This document shows, piece after piece, positions 38,771 through 48,600 of a stretch of DNA of 64,000 bases; position 1 is the stretch's first letter, and each line of letters starts with the position of its first letter. The position numbers were made by a program, and so were the translations under genes. Location of the stretch: assembly GCA_963713925.1 (NCBI GenBank), contig OY970212.1, positions 864,001 through 928,000 on the forward strand. The letters run 5' to 3'. The stretch comes from an uncultured bacterium. Lineage in GTDB: Bacteria > Babelota > Babeliae > Babelales > Vermiphilaceae. A model generated the notes under the pieces. The model was not told the DNA's origin and made no database searches. It worked only from the letters and a program-made list of their open reading frames with translations.

Positions 38771-39082
38771 ATGAACCGTTTATTTATAGCAATTACACTG
38801 GCGACAATAGCATCGGCATACGCAGAGGAACTTGACCAAAAAACAAAAAAACAAATCCAAACTTTAAAAATTGCAGAGCGTAACGAAGTTGAAGCACTTC
38901 GCAAAGAAAGAGACGAAGATATTGAAAAATTGGTCGGTCTTTTGAAAAAAGAATACGCATATGCGTCGCGAGGCGTCTACTACCCGAAAAGGGAAACGAG
39001 GGAAGAGGGAATTGATCCTTTACTCAAAAAAATTAAAGATCTTAAATTTGACATCGAAGAAAAACGGGCAAGAATGCCTTGA
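38771..39082 (+). CDS. Small secreted helical protein
   Basis: AAGGAG RBS; AYA cleavage site. Confidence 0.7.
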   Translation: MNRLFIAITLATIASAYAEELDQKTKKQIQTLKIAERNEVEALRKERDEDIEKLVGLLKKEYAYASRGVYYPKRETREEGIDPLLKKIKDLKFDIEEKRARMP

Positions 39083-39129
39083 AGCAAGCCTCAACTAATC
39101 TCTTCAAATATAAAAAAAAGGAGAAACAT

Positions 39130-39360
39130 ATGAAACGCTTATTATTATGCCTATTTGTTGCAGAATTATCTTTGATCGCTGCCGATTCAACTAAGACCGA
39201 GCCTAATAAACCGACCGGATACATACAGCAAACGGGTAGTGAACCAATGCCATATTATACAAAGACGACAGAGACGCCAAGTGATTCGAAGCCGGCCGGA
39301 TATATACAACAATCAGGTGGTGGAGAACCAAAGGCATTTTATTCGGATGAGAAAAAATAA
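39130..39360 (+). CDS. Small secreted protein with a duplicated KP.GYIQQ.G motif
   Basis: AAGGAG RBS; two internal repeats. Confidence 0.7.
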   Translation: MKRLLLCLFVAELSLIAADSTKTEPNKPTGYIQQTGSEPMPYYTKTTETPSDSKPAGYIQQSGGGEPKAFYSDEKK

Positions 39361-39391
39361 GAATCACAAAGTATAAAAAAAGGAGAAACAT

Positions 39392-39682
39392 ATGAAACGT
39401 TTATTATTAGTAACAATGCTTATTACCGGAATTTCCGTAATAGCCGTTGAAAAACCTATGAGAATTCAGCCATACACCGGTGAAACGTACAGCACCCCAG
39501 GCATGGGCTATCAGACAGGTGAACCCGCAGGCATGGGATACCAAAACACTGGCTCACAAGCCGGAATGGGTTACCAAGCACCTGAACCTGCAGGCATGGG
39601 ATATCAAGCCCCTGAGCAGCCTGGTATTGGATACCAAAACACTGGCTCACAAGGGGGAATGGGGTATCAGATTCTTGAGTAA
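39392..39682 (+). CDS. Small secreted protein with six G(M/I)GYQ repeats
   Basis: AAGGAG RBS; 27-30 bp tandem repeats at ~39500-39670. Confidence 0.75.
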   Translation: MKRLLLVTMLITGISVIAVEKPMRIQPYTGETYSTPGMGYQTGEPAGMGYQNTGSQAGMGYQAPEPAGMGYQAPEQPGIGYQNTGSQGGMGYQILE

Positions 39683-39792
39683 TAAAGAATTGGTATAAAC
39701 AATAAAAAAAGAGTTGTCGCTGAAGACAGCTCTTTTTTTTGGGTTGAGGCCTATTGCGCACCCCCCTATGTTTCTGCTAACATCAAATAAAT

Positions 39793-39860
39793 TACCCCAG
39801 CACTCGCGTGCGGGGGCCGCACACACCCCAACTTTTGCTACGCTCCAGTTGGGGGCCCCA
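39793..39860. repeat. Two R2 hairpins
   Basis: TACCCC...GGGGGCC and ACCCCAAC...GTTGGGGGCCCC. Confidence 0.7.
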
Positions 39861-39910
39861 ATAATAAAAGCGGATCAACATTTGGGTAGTTAATAATAGG
39901 ATCTTTCTCT

Positions 39911-41005
39911 ATGCCATCCCCTCTCAAATCATCGCCCGAAACACATCATTTCACTGGAAACATCTATTTTTTCCACGCGTATGACGTTGGTGAAGATATC
40001 AATTTTGAACGAGTCAAAAGCTCGAATGCTGTTTCAATCGTCCCTCGGCAGCCCTCAAAATATTTTAAAAATTATCATGCCCCACTCTCAATTGAAATGC
40101 GCCAACAAAGACTTTCTCCGTTTTGCATTGAAGCTAAAATACACACCTTCGGCGCCATTTCTCTGACGTATAAAATACCTTTTTCAAACACGCTTGAGGC
40201 AGTCAGAAAAGATCTTGATGCACTTGATGATCAGTATGAAAACATCAGTTTAAAAGATGCTGAAAACATATTTGCGATCATCAAACCGTTTATCACCAAG
40301 CCAAAATTTAATCAGATGAATGCTTCTCATGTGGTCATACAAGTTGATCCTCAGCCAGAAGTTATCGATACGGTTGCACTGAAAGAAACTTTCGGGAGCA
40401 TTATTGCATCCACACTTCGCTTTGAAACAGAAACGCTTTCGGAATATCAAAAAAATGAAATTCTTGAATCGGCCATCGGTTATTTCCGAGGAGATTTACT
40501 GGTGATCGATACAGAAGCTTCGTTTGTCTACGATGATGAGTTTCCCGACATTCAGGAATTTTTTGAATTTGCCAATTTGCAACAGTTGGAGCTCCGCTAT
40601 TTTGATCGCATCTTAGATCAACATCTCAATATGATTTACGAAGACAAACAACGATCTGTGCCAATCACCTCATATCTGCCATTTGTGGGCATATATTCCA
40701 AAAACCAAGTCGATGAACTTGGCAAATTAAAGGTTGATATCTCGGTTATCACCGAACGGCTCGAAGGCAGTATCAAACTAGCCGGTGAGCCCTATTATTC
40801 TGAGCTCTATGCCCTCCTGCAAGATAAGCTTGATCTCAAAGGTTGGCAGGAAGCCGTGAATAAAAAGCTCTCCATTACCCTGGATATCAGATCAGTTCTC
40901 CAAAACAAAATTGATTCGGTCAGAGAGGATTTACTCACCGTTTTGATCGTTATCCTCATTTTTATTGAGTTAGTGGTTGGTTTGCTCAACTACGCCCAGC
41001 ATTAA
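39911..41005 (+). CDS. Conserved hypothetical protein, RMD1/DUF155-like, with C-terminal TM
   Basis: AYDVG, FGAISL, EFANLQ.LELRYFD and terminal LIVILIFIEL pattern. Confidence 0.6.
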   Translation: MPSPLKSSPETHHFTGNIYFFHAYDVGEDINFERVKSSNAVSIVPRQPSKYFKNYHAPLSIEMRQQRLSPFCIEAKIHTFGAISLTYKIPFSNTLEAVRKDLDALDDQYENISLKDAENIFAIIKPFITKPKFNQMNASHVVIQVDPQPEVIDTVALKETFGSIIASTLRFETETLSEYQKNEILESAIGYFRGDLLVIDTEASFVYDDEFPDIQEFFEFANLQQLELRYFDRILDQHLNMIYEDKQRSVPITSYLPFVGIYSKNQVDELGKLKVDISVITERLEGSIKLAGEPYYSELYALLQDKLDLKGWQEAVNKKLSITLDIRSVLQNKIDSVREDLLTVLIVILIFIELVVGLLNYAQH

Positions 41006-41083
41006 GTTATCCTCATGTACACTAGGGAGGCCCCAATAAGAAATCCACAACTTCGCGAGGGTCATATAAATAAGCCAGAATAA

Positions 41084-41334
41084 ACCATGAACGATGGGTG
41101 ACGTAAAGTAGTCTCCCATCGTTCGTGGTGAGCAAAGCATACTGTAGTCGAACAATTCGAACGAAAAATAGATGCGTACTTAGGACTTCGTATTGTACCT
41201 GCCATACAGAGTAATTATATGAAATAACTTGTAACTGATTTATGAGTTCGTATGGATTCGACTTCGTTTCATGCCCCAATTTCGCTTATGCTCCATCGGG
41301 GACCCCAAAATTTCACTACGCTCACCACGAACGG
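41084..41334. repeat. R1 cluster with nested R2
   Basis: CGTTCGTGGTGAGC at ~41120 and CGCTCACCACGAACGG at ~41318-41334; R2 at ~41272-41306 inside the R1 loop. Confidence 0.8.
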
Positions 41335-41542
41335 GAAGGGGGTTTTTATTCAAAAAACATGAACCTAACACCATTTTTTCGTCTTTTTCAAAAACTCAAC
41401 GGAACCTAAACCCGGTAGGCCATCAGGGATTCTTACCTATCCCCATGGACATTTTTATCCAAACTGATATAATTGCTATTAGAAACTGAATTTAAGCTTT
41501 CTAAGCTAAGTATCTAATACATATCAAAAATGGAGTCTTTTT

Positions 41543-42400
41543 ATGAATAAATATGCCCTTTACGGTCTTTTTATTGCCCTTTGCGGGGGAACTCTAACTG
41601 CTGCGGACAAAGGAACCGTTGCTAAGAAAACGGTAGTTAAGAAAGAACATTCTAAGCCTGCCGCAAAAAAACATTACAAATATCGCTTTAATGATCTCCC
41701 CGAGGAAGCTCTTGTGCATCTTTTCAAAAATCTTTCTATCGGCGACATTCCAACTATGCGCCTAGTAGGTAACAAATGCAAAAGAATTATTGAAGACAAA
41801 ACCGTTGTTGGCTACTTATTGAAAAAGGATACTCCACCCAATAAGACTCTTTTTCTCCCACTGGCGCTTCCCCATCCTCTATTAATCAATCAGTACAACG
41901 CTCTTCCAGAAAATGACAAAACTGCAATAATCAATCATTTTATAAAGCGTTTTTCAGATTTTCCTCCTGAAACGTCGACAAGAATTAGCATTCTATTCCA
42001 AAATCCGCTTTCTTACCTTACACAAAGAACGGGTCAATCATTTTCGAAAGCAATTGTAGAAAAAAAACCTATAAGAGCACTCTTGTGTTTGCATTTGCGC
42101 ATGGAAATACAACCAACCAATCAGGATTATGCAAATCTCTGTGATATTTATAAATCTAAAAAAACGAAAATAAAGGTTAACAATAGAGGCGCTATAGCGG
42201 CCGGACTTGATGGAAACGCCTTTCGTGATGCGATAGAAAAGAATTGGAAACTAATGCGACCCTATTTTGAGCTTTTGGAACGCATAACACAAAACTACCA
42301 AATTCCAAAAACGTACAAAAAAGGTATTGAAAGCTTTTTCAGATCAAGCAAAACTGCAAAAAAAGAATTGGACAAGCTTGAAAAGAAACGAAAGAAGTAA
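41543..42400 (+). CDS. Secreted F-box-like protein 1
   Basis: Signal peptide; FNDLPEEALVHLFKNLSIGDIPTMRLVGNKCKRII matches the F-box pattern; C-terminal KKRKK. Confidence 0.7.
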   Translation: MNKYALYGLFIALCGGTLTAADKGTVAKKTVVKKEHSKPAAKKHYKYRFNDLPEEALVHLFKNLSIGDIPTMRLVGNKCKRIIEDKTVVGYLLKKDTPPNKTLFLPLALPHPLLINQYNALPENDKTAIINHFIKRFSDFPPETSTRISILFQNPLSYLTQRTGQSFSKAIVEKKPIRALLCLHLRMEIQPTNQDYANLCDIYKSKKTKIKVNNRGAIAAGLDGNAFRDAIEKNWKLMRPYFELLERITQNYQIPKTYKKGIESFFRSSKTAKKELDKLEKKRKK

Positions 42401-42403
42401 CTC

Positions 42404-43168
42404 ATGAAACGAATATTTATTCTTATCACAAGCATCACGATAGGATCGATGGTATCCTGCTCGGATAGCAAACGGGTAAAAAAAATTGAGCAGACCACCG
42501 TACGCAGAGTTATCATAGCTGAAAACCCGGTCGACGGGTTCCGCGGATTCGACCACCCCGTTGATGAGATCAACCTCAACATTCCGCAACTGCTTATCGA
42601 CAATAACAATCCGGTACAATCGGCACGGGACCTTATTAATTTGGGCAAGACTTCGAAATATTTTCATGCCTTGTCACAAGATAAAGAAGTCGTGAATCTC
42701 ATGAAAAATCCGATTCTTATCGCGCTCGCTCACCCTCGAATTTTGCATACCAAAACACAATCTCTGGCCGATGCGGACAAAATGGAATTTCTTACCGATG
42801 TAGAGTTGATACCAAGCAATAAAATACAATACACCATATGCCGAAGACTTGTACAATTATCACTTCCTTTTTTCAGTACGTTAAAAAGACACCCTATTTT
42901 GTACTCTACAGTGATACAATCAAATTTACCTCTTTTTGAATTGTGTCAACAGCTGCTCAACGCATCATCCCGAATCAACCAACTGATACCTGAACAAATG
43001 TATCTTCATTATTTGAAAAGAGCTGCTCGACGCACAATTATGGATCTCGGAACTGAACGAAGTGAAATATACAAAAAAGACTACAATAGCAGAGAAGGAA
43101 GAAAAGAAATCGATAGATTAGATCTTTTGATACAAGATGCAAAAGCTATACTTGAAAAATTAAAATAA
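42404..43168 (+). CDS. Secreted degenerate F-box-like protein 2
   Basis: GFDHPVDEINLNI...RDLINLGKTSKYFHAL; paralogous to the next ORF. Confidence 0.6.
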   Translation: MKRIFILITSITIGSMVSCSDSKRVKKIEQTTVRRVIIAENPVDGFRGFDHPVDEINLNIPQLLIDNNNPVQSARDLINLGKTSKYFHALSQDKEVVNLMKNPILIALAHPRILHTKTQSLADADKMEFLTDVELIPSNKIQYTICRRLVQLSLPFFSTLKRHPILYSTVIQSNLPLFELCQQLLNASSRINQLIPEQMYLHYLKRAARRTIMDLGTERSEIYKKDYNSREGRKEIDRLDLLIQDAKAILEKLK

Positions 43169-43195
43169 AAATTGTTCATTAATGGAGGAAATCTT

Positions 43196-43960
43196 ATGAA
43201 ACGTATATTTTTAGCACTCGCCCTTATCTGCAGCACTGCAGCTTTTTGTGCCGATAAATCCAATAAAAAAGCTAAAGTTGTCACCGCTCCTGCTGTCACA
43301 GCTGTAGTCAATGATCCATCTATTCCAGTACCAGGACATTCCGGATTTGACTATATTCCCGATGAGGCTGCACTAGAAATACCTTTGCAATTTGCTCATA
43401 AAAATTCTTTTGATCTCGAATCAGTAAGAGATTTAGCGCATTTGAGTGGAGTATCAAAACGATTCAATATCTTAGTAAAAGATACCCAGGTCGCACGTCA
43501 ACTGTATCCGCTTACCGCAGCTTTAATAAACCCAAACTGGATACTAACACTTGACCGTGAAAAAAAACTCTCGTTTCTTTTCGACGTTGATAAAGATTCG
43601 TCAGACGAGATGAAAACCATTGCTTGCAAACAACTCGCTCGAGCAATTAATAACTCCCAATCCAGGTTATCAGGATTAGGTCTCAAGTATCAGCTCAATC
43701 CACAAAACAAACCGATAATTCCTATTATTGAGGGCGCAATTCAACGCTCCAACCTTGAACTATTCAAGGAAGCTCAACGGATGCTCAAGCTTCATTTTGG
43801 TTCCGCACTTGGTTCAGCAGCAATTTCCCCAGAGCAAGAGAAATTGAAACGGCTGGCGTATCAAGCGGCTTCACCCAACTGCCCCGCGGATAAAAAAGCA
43901 GAAGCGAAAGCTATTTTAGCAATTGTCGATCCACAATCTATATCTATACCGGTGAGGTAA
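43196..43960 (+). CDS. Secreted F-box-like protein 3
   Basis: GGAGG RBS; GFDYIPDEAALEI...RDLAHLSGVSKRFNILVKD. Confidence 0.65.
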   Translation: MKRIFLALALICSTAAFCADKSNKKAKVVTAPAVTAVVNDPSIPVPGHSGFDYIPDEAALEIPLQFAHKNSFDLESVRDLAHLSGVSKRFNILVKDTQVARQLYPLTAALINPNWILTLDREKKLSFLFDVDKDSSDEMKTIACKQLARAINNSQSRLSGLGLKYQLNPQNKPIIPIIEGAIQRSNLELFKEAQRMLKLHFGSALGSAAISPEQEKLKRLAYQAASPNCPADKKAEAKAILAIVDPQSISIPVR

Positions 43961-43983
43961 CTCCTGGATTGAAAATGATTTAA

Positions 43984-44024
43984 AAAAAGAGAGAACGTTT
44001 GCAGCGCAGACGTTCTCTCTTTTT
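43984..44024. terminator. Bidirectional terminator
   Basis: A-tract-GAGAGAACGT...ACGTTCTCTC-T-tract. Confidence 0.8.
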
Positions 44025-44032
44025 ACTTATAG

Positions 44033-44554
44033 CTATTGAGCGACGCTTACCTTTGCCGGGCGAAGCACTTTGTCGTGAAGCATATAGCCCTTTTCAAGTA
44101 CTTGCATAATAGTACCCGGAGCTTTATCTGAGGCTACCGACATCAGCGCCTCATGCTTTTCTGGGTCAAATTGATCGACATCAGGCATCACAGTAACCCC
44201 ATATTTTGACAAGAGTTTCACAAGAGATTTATGAATCATATCAAATCCAGAAAGCCAAACGTTCAATTCTACCTTGTGCGCTTGGTTTGAAGCCGGGGAT
44301 AATGCTCTCTCAAAATCATCTACTATCGTAATAATATCTTTGAGAATCAATTGCTGTCCGCTGCTGATCCAATGGAGACGATCTTTTTCGGTGCGTCGTT
44401 TAAAATTATCAAAATCAGCACCCAACCGAGTCAATTTTTCAGTCAGTTCTGCAACCTGCTTAAGACATGCTTCTTGCGCACTCTGTTTTCGTTCTGTTTG
44501 AGGATTTGTCGTTTCTGTTTGTTCGATATTGTTCTTATCAACTGTATCTTCCAT
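44033..44554 (-). CDS. grpE: Nucleotide exchange factor GrpE
   Basis: ADFDNFKRR, FDPEKHEA and KGYMLHDKVLRPAKVSV. Confidence 0.97.
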   Translation of the reverse strand: MEDTVDKNNIEQTETTNPQTERKQSAQEACLKQVAELTEKLTRLGADFDNFKRRTEKDRLHWISSGQQLILKDIITIVDDFERALSPASNQAHKVELNVWLSGFDMIHKSLVKLLSKYGVTVMPDVDQFDPEKHEALMSVASDKAPGTIMQVLEKGYMLHDKVLRPAKVSVAQ

Positions 44555-44713
44555 TGATGCCCCTAAAAATTGTTTTTCTTTTTTTACAGTATATCATACC
44601 GGTCGCGTGCAACAAGTTTCAGATTTTGGGCTTTTCTTTTTTTTCGATTTTATTTATAAGTAGAGAAAAGAATCGAATTGAACATTCGAGTATACAAGGA
44701 GACTAAAAAAGTT

Positions 44714-46078
44714 ATGAACGCCCTAAAACGATCCCTTTTATTCTACATTTTGTGCTTCGTGGTGCACAATACAATTGCCATTGATAACCACCACTTCTAC
44801 CGCGCGAGCAATTTCTTTCCCGTCTTTCTCGAACCGCGCTTGTGTGAAGATGGTCTCTCGTCGTTTGATGTCTATTTCAGTGGTGGACGCACAGACAAAA
44901 GTGCCTATGGATGTTCACGCCCCTTCAACTTATGTCACAATAGAGATTGCCTGCTGAATATTTGCGGTTATGCCAACATTCAAGCTCTCGGGATAAATAT
45001 ACCTAACTTTGATCCGACAAACCCGGTCGATCAAGCGCTCAACGCCCTTGCCTTGCTTCCGACGCGCGAAAATTTTGCGAATCTTTCATTCTTGGGACAT
45101 TTCAGCATTTTTGAAGCCGATCTTTTCTATACCCAAAATATTGTCAATGGCTTCTTTGTACAAATTCACGCCCCATTTCGTCGCCTTAAAATAGCCTGCG
45201 TGGAAAAAAGAGATCTTTCGCCCAACGATAATCTGTTTCCCAATAGAAATACCCCGGAATGGACAACCTTTTTGGGATTGTATAACCAATTTCTTGATCG
45301 CTTTCAGCTCTCAACTTCCGACTGCTGCGATAACTTTGTCGGTGATACAACCGTACTATTCGGTTGGACGGGCAATTATGATGACACCGAGATTCTTGAT
45401 TTCTTCGACATGAGCGTGAGAGTAGGCGTGCTCATTCCAACCGGTAAAAAAGCTGATCCAAACTTCGCGTTTGACCTGCCGACCGGATACAACGGACTTG
45501 TCGGAATTCCAGTCACCTTCGATGCGGCCTTTGGTCTTTATGACTGGGTCACTCTTGGCATGCATTTTGGCGTCCTTCCGTTCACGAGCACCACCCAATC
45601 GGTGCGCGTTCCAACATCCCCCGATCAAACAGGATTACTAAAACTGCAGACAATCCGTGAGAGCGTCAAAGGTGGATTGCTCTGGGACGCAGTCGGCTAT
45701 TTTAAAGCCGATCATATCTGTCGCGGGCTTTCGTTTACCTTGGGTTACACGTTCGCGGATAAAAAAGCAAACAAACTTATCCCTCCCGTGTGTGATTGCG
45801 AAATTCTTTCATGCACTTCACCCGTCTGCACATCGCCGAATCTTTGCTCGCCTGCGTTGAGCCCTTGCGCCTGTGTTGAGTCGTGCGACCTGATTAACAG
45901 TGCGTGGAACATGCAAACAGTCCATATCTTCTTTGAATATGATTTTACCGCGCACGACCCAATATTCATGTGTCCAAGACTTGGCCTTTTTGTCAATGTT
46001 CCTGTTGGTGGAAAACGAATTTTTGATACCCCTACCGGCGGGTTCTCTACCGGCTTTGATTTGTCTTGGTGTTTTTGA
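44714..46078 (+). CDS. Cys-rich putative outer-membrane beta-barrel protein (paralog of 100-1689)
   Basis: Signal peptide; GVLIPTG..D...F......NG motif aligns with NLRLYAPAG..S...F....GNG; terminal Phe. Confidence 0.6.
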   Translation: MNALKRSLLFYILCFVVHNTIAIDNHHFYRASNFFPVFLEPRLCEDGLSSFDVYFSGGRTDKSAYGCSRPFNLCHNRDCLLNICGYANIQALGINIPNFDPTNPVDQALNALALLPTRENFANLSFLGHFSIFEADLFYTQNIVNGFFVQIHAPFRRLKIACVEKRDLSPNDNLFPNRNTPEWTTFLGLYNQFLDRFQLSTSDCCDNFVGDTTVLFGWTGNYDDTEILDFFDMSVRVGVLIPTGKKADPNFAFDLPTGYNGLVGIPVTFDAAFGLYDWVTLGMHFGVLPFTSTTQSVRVPTSPDQTGLLKLQTIRESVKGGLLWDAVGYFKADHICRGLSFTLGYTFADKKANKLIPPVCDCEILSCTSPVCTSPNLCSPALSPCACVESCDLINSAWNMQTVHIFFEYDFTAHDPIFMCPRLGLFVNVPVGGKRIFDTPTGGFSTGFDLSWCF

Positions 46079-46112
46079 AACCCCAATCTACGTTGAACTT
46101 CGATTGGGGACC

Positions 46113-46282
46113 CCGAAAACAGGGTCGGTTGTCATGCTGAACTTGTTTCAGCAACTTGTCCGCCGTAACTTGCCAAGCCGGAAGGCCTGGATAAGTAGAG
46201 GCTGGATCCAGGTTAAATAGATCCTGAAATAAATTCAGGATGACAAAGCAATAAGCTACTTTCGGGAATTTCGGACAAGCTC
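46113..46282. mobile_element. MITE-like composite repeat (R4), partial inverted copy 3, abutting an R2 hairpin at ~46080-46114
   Basis: GTCATGCTGAACTTGTTTCAGC...AGATCCTGAAATAAATTCAGGATGAC...TTTCGGACAAGCTC followed by TAA. Confidence 0.75.
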
Positions 46283-46302
46283 TAAAGTTGCTACCCCATT
46301 CT

Positions 46303-46719
46303 TCATATAAGTTCTTTAATATCCGCACAAATAGATCGTGCAAGCGGTGCAACAATTGCGCTGCTTGCATCTGATTGTTCTTGATGATAAAACTCTTTTT
46401 CAATGTGAGAGATGATAGTACGCACTAATTCTAAGTCGCTGACCATCACAATATCTTCTTGAGCATCAAGCTGTTGTGCCATCATTTTAATCTCATAACC
46501 CAAACGAGTAAGTCTTCCTAAAATAATATCTTTTAAAAGCTGTTCATCCGCACTGTTTTCGCATTCAATCAGTTTTCGTGTGTCATCCCATACCTGCAAG
46601 CCAAGATCGAGCGCTGAGGAAAAGCAAAGAACTTCATCTGATCCGTAGCCCATCTTTGGGAGCAATAAGCAAAAAAAGAGACTCGATAGTGTGCAAAACA
46701 GATTCGGCATATATTTCAT
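46303..46719 (-). CDS. Secreted hypothetical helical protein
   Basis: Likely start MKYMPN; hydrophobic N-terminus. Confidence 0.55.
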   Translation of the reverse strand: MKYMPNLFCTLSSLFFCLLLPKMGYGSDEVLCFSSALDLGLQVWDDTRKLIECENSADEQLLKDIILGRLTRLGYEIKMMAQQLDAQEDIVMVSDLELVRTIISHIEKEFYHQEQSDASSAIVAPLARSICADIKELI

Positions 46720-47015
46720 ACTATGGCCCTTATTTTTACCCCCACACTTTCCGCCCACGTTACAACTAAGACGTGAGAAGTTGTGCAGGGGCCCCTTTTT
46801 ATTTACCCCATGCAAAGACATGCTCCCAACCGTCTCTCGTATGAAAGAATCACATTTTTATATTCAATCTGTCAATGGTTTATTAAGCATTTAAAAAGCC
46901 TATCCCGAGGATTGCTGGTTTGTTTGAACCTGGACAACAGCTTGAGAGATACCCCCCACTTGACGAAAATTTTCTATTTGATAATATAAATATAAGTGGT
47001 TTATTAATTATTAAT

Positions 47016-47070
47016 GGGCCCCAAGCGCCTGTCCCGCCATAACCTATGGTGACGGCGGAAATGCTTGGGT
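47016..47070. repeat. R3 nested in R2
   Basis: GGGCCCCAAGC[GCCTGTCCCGCCATAAC..GTGACGGCGGA]AATGCTTGGGT. Confidence 0.7.
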
Positions 47071-47089
47071 GTAGAAGATGGAGAATCTT

Positions 47090-47551
47090 ATGAAAAAACT
47101 TATAGTACTCGGAGTAGCACTCCTTACCCTTGGCATCAGCCAATCAGCGGAAGCAATGTTTTTACGACAGGTTGCCAATCGCGGCGCGCAAGCAGCGGCT
47201 CGACAATTTTCAACAAAAGCACTCGTTCCTTATGAGCAAAAACAACTTGTTGTTATTTCAAAATCAAATAACGACTTACCGTGGGACTTTTCTGGAGTGC
47301 GTAAATATTTTACAACTCTTGCTGCTACCGGTTCGGCGTATCTTTTATCAAGACATAAACTTGGCTCTGATCATCCACTTACGGAAAATCTTAAGATAGC
47401 ACTTCAATTTGTAGGCCTTCCTGTCATCGGAGCTGGCTGCGCAACGGGTGCTGTTGCTACGGCTGCGTGCCTTGTAAAATATCCTCTGACAACCATAGCT
47501 ACCGCAGTTGCAGCTGCTACATATTTTGATGAAAGAGAAAAAACAAAATAA
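47090..47551 (+). CDS. Secreted membrane protein with a mitochondrial-presequence-like mature N-terminus
   Basis: GGAG RBS; signal peptide ending AEA, then MFLRQVANRGAQAAARQFST; C-terminal hydrophobic helices. Confidence 0.7.
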   Translation: MKKLIVLGVALLTLGISQSAEAMFLRQVANRGAQAAARQFSTKALVPYEQKQLVVISKSNNDLPWDFSGVRKYFTTLAATGSAYLLSRHKLGSDHPLTENLKIALQFVGLPVIGAGCATGAVATAACLVKYPLTTIATAVAAATYFDEREKTK

Positions 47552-47588
47552 AAAATGCAACGTTATGAATGCATAATCATTATTGAGT

Positions 47589-47618
47589 GAAATAGGCCGG
47601 AAAATTCCGGCCTATTTC
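47589..47618. terminator. Bidirectional terminator
   Basis: GAAATAGGCCGGAA-AA-TTCCGGCCTATTTC. Confidence 0.75.
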
Positions 47619-47623
47619 TTTTT

Positions 47624-48193
47624 TTAAAACGGTAAATCGTCTTGGAATGGTGGTTGATCTTTGAATTCAACCTCGGAGCCCATATCAGACGTTTCTTTCT
47701 TTTTACGAGCTGGTTTCGGCTCATCTAAGTCTGACTTAGTAGCAAAGCCGGAAGTTTTTTTGTTTTTAATGTTTTGGATTTGATTAAGCAAATCTTTTTC
47801 CATTTCTGATTGCACAGGCTCCGCGCTTGGCTCTTCTGCACCCATTTCAACTGATGCGCCAGCACCCGAAGACAAGAAGACCACACGGTCAGCAACTATG
47901 GTATGCTTGCTGTGTTTTTGGCCATTTGCTTCCCAGCTGTTAAATTTCAAGCGGCCTTCAATAAGCGCCGGACGACCTTTTTGCAAATATTGGCGGCAGC
48001 TTTCAGCTTGCGCTCCCCACACTTCAACATCAACAAAGCATACTTCTTGCACCATTGATCCTGATTGTTTGTTTTTAAATTGACGATTTGATGCAATGCC
48101 CAAAGTGCAAACTGCTTGTCCTGACGGAAGTTGTTTATAATCCGGGTCACGGGTTAAATTTCCGGCAATAATAACGCGATTAAAACTTGCCAT
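47624..48193 (-). CDS. ssb: Single-stranded DNA-binding protein
   Basis: NRVIIAGNLTRDP, YLQKG and C-terminal DDLPF; true start ATG 48193. Confidence 0.97.
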   Translation of the reverse strand: MASFNRVIIAGNLTRDPDYKQLPSGQAVCTLGIASNRQFKNKQSGSMVQEVCFVDVEVWGAQAESCRQYLQKGRPALIEGRLKFNSWEANGQKHSKHTIVADRVVFLSSGAGASVEMGAEEPSAEPVQSEMEKDLLNQIQNIKNKKTSGFATKSDLDEPKPARKKKETSDMGSEVEFKDQPPFQDDLPF

Positions 48194-48294
48194 AAGAAGA
48201 ACCTTTTGAAATGAGTAATTTGTAATAAATTTTTTGAATATATATTCGCTATCGTAACAAAAAAGCAGATCCATTTCTACTATGACACACAAAG

Positions 48295-48461
48295 AACTCC
48301 GCTCCCCGCGTTGGGGCAAGAGTAGTTCTGCCACCACTCTTGCATCTCGGGCACTTAAGACCAAGGTCTTAAGAAACCCTTTGCCCGTTTCAAACATCGG
48401 GATCACGCAATTTTTCAAATTGCTTAGACCCTCGGCGAAACTACCGGACTTTTTTATTTTA
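48295..48461 (-). ncRNA. Candidate structured ncRNA, divergent copy C
   Basis: Same ordered motifs and helices as 48601-48760 with compensatory changes; strand inferred. Confidence 0.45.
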
Positions 48462-48600
48462 CCGTAGTTATTCGTATTGAATTGTTGCTCGATAAAACAA
48501 GAAATGATGGAGTGGAGGAGTGGGTGAAGCCAGCCGGGCCGGCTGTAGAGGCCAAATTTAACGTTTCAAGCCAATTAGCAATGCATTAAAATCGACACGA

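Noticed and set aside
46156..46205. SRP RNA suggested by GCCGGAAGG
   Set aside because: Lacks the CAGG/AGCAG symmetric loop and occurs in multiple R3 copies
46047..46403. ORFs 45900-46220 and 46047-46403 as a possible transposase
   Set aside because: Translations of MITE/R2 repeats; no DDE or HUH motif
48194..48418. N-terminal extension of SSB
   Set aside because: Runs through the structured element; the canonical SSB start is at 48193
48440..48461. RNase P RNA suggested by AAAGTCCGG on the minus strand
   Set aside because: No GAGGAAAGTCC context, no 3' ACAGAA.CCGGCTTA, and the element is too short
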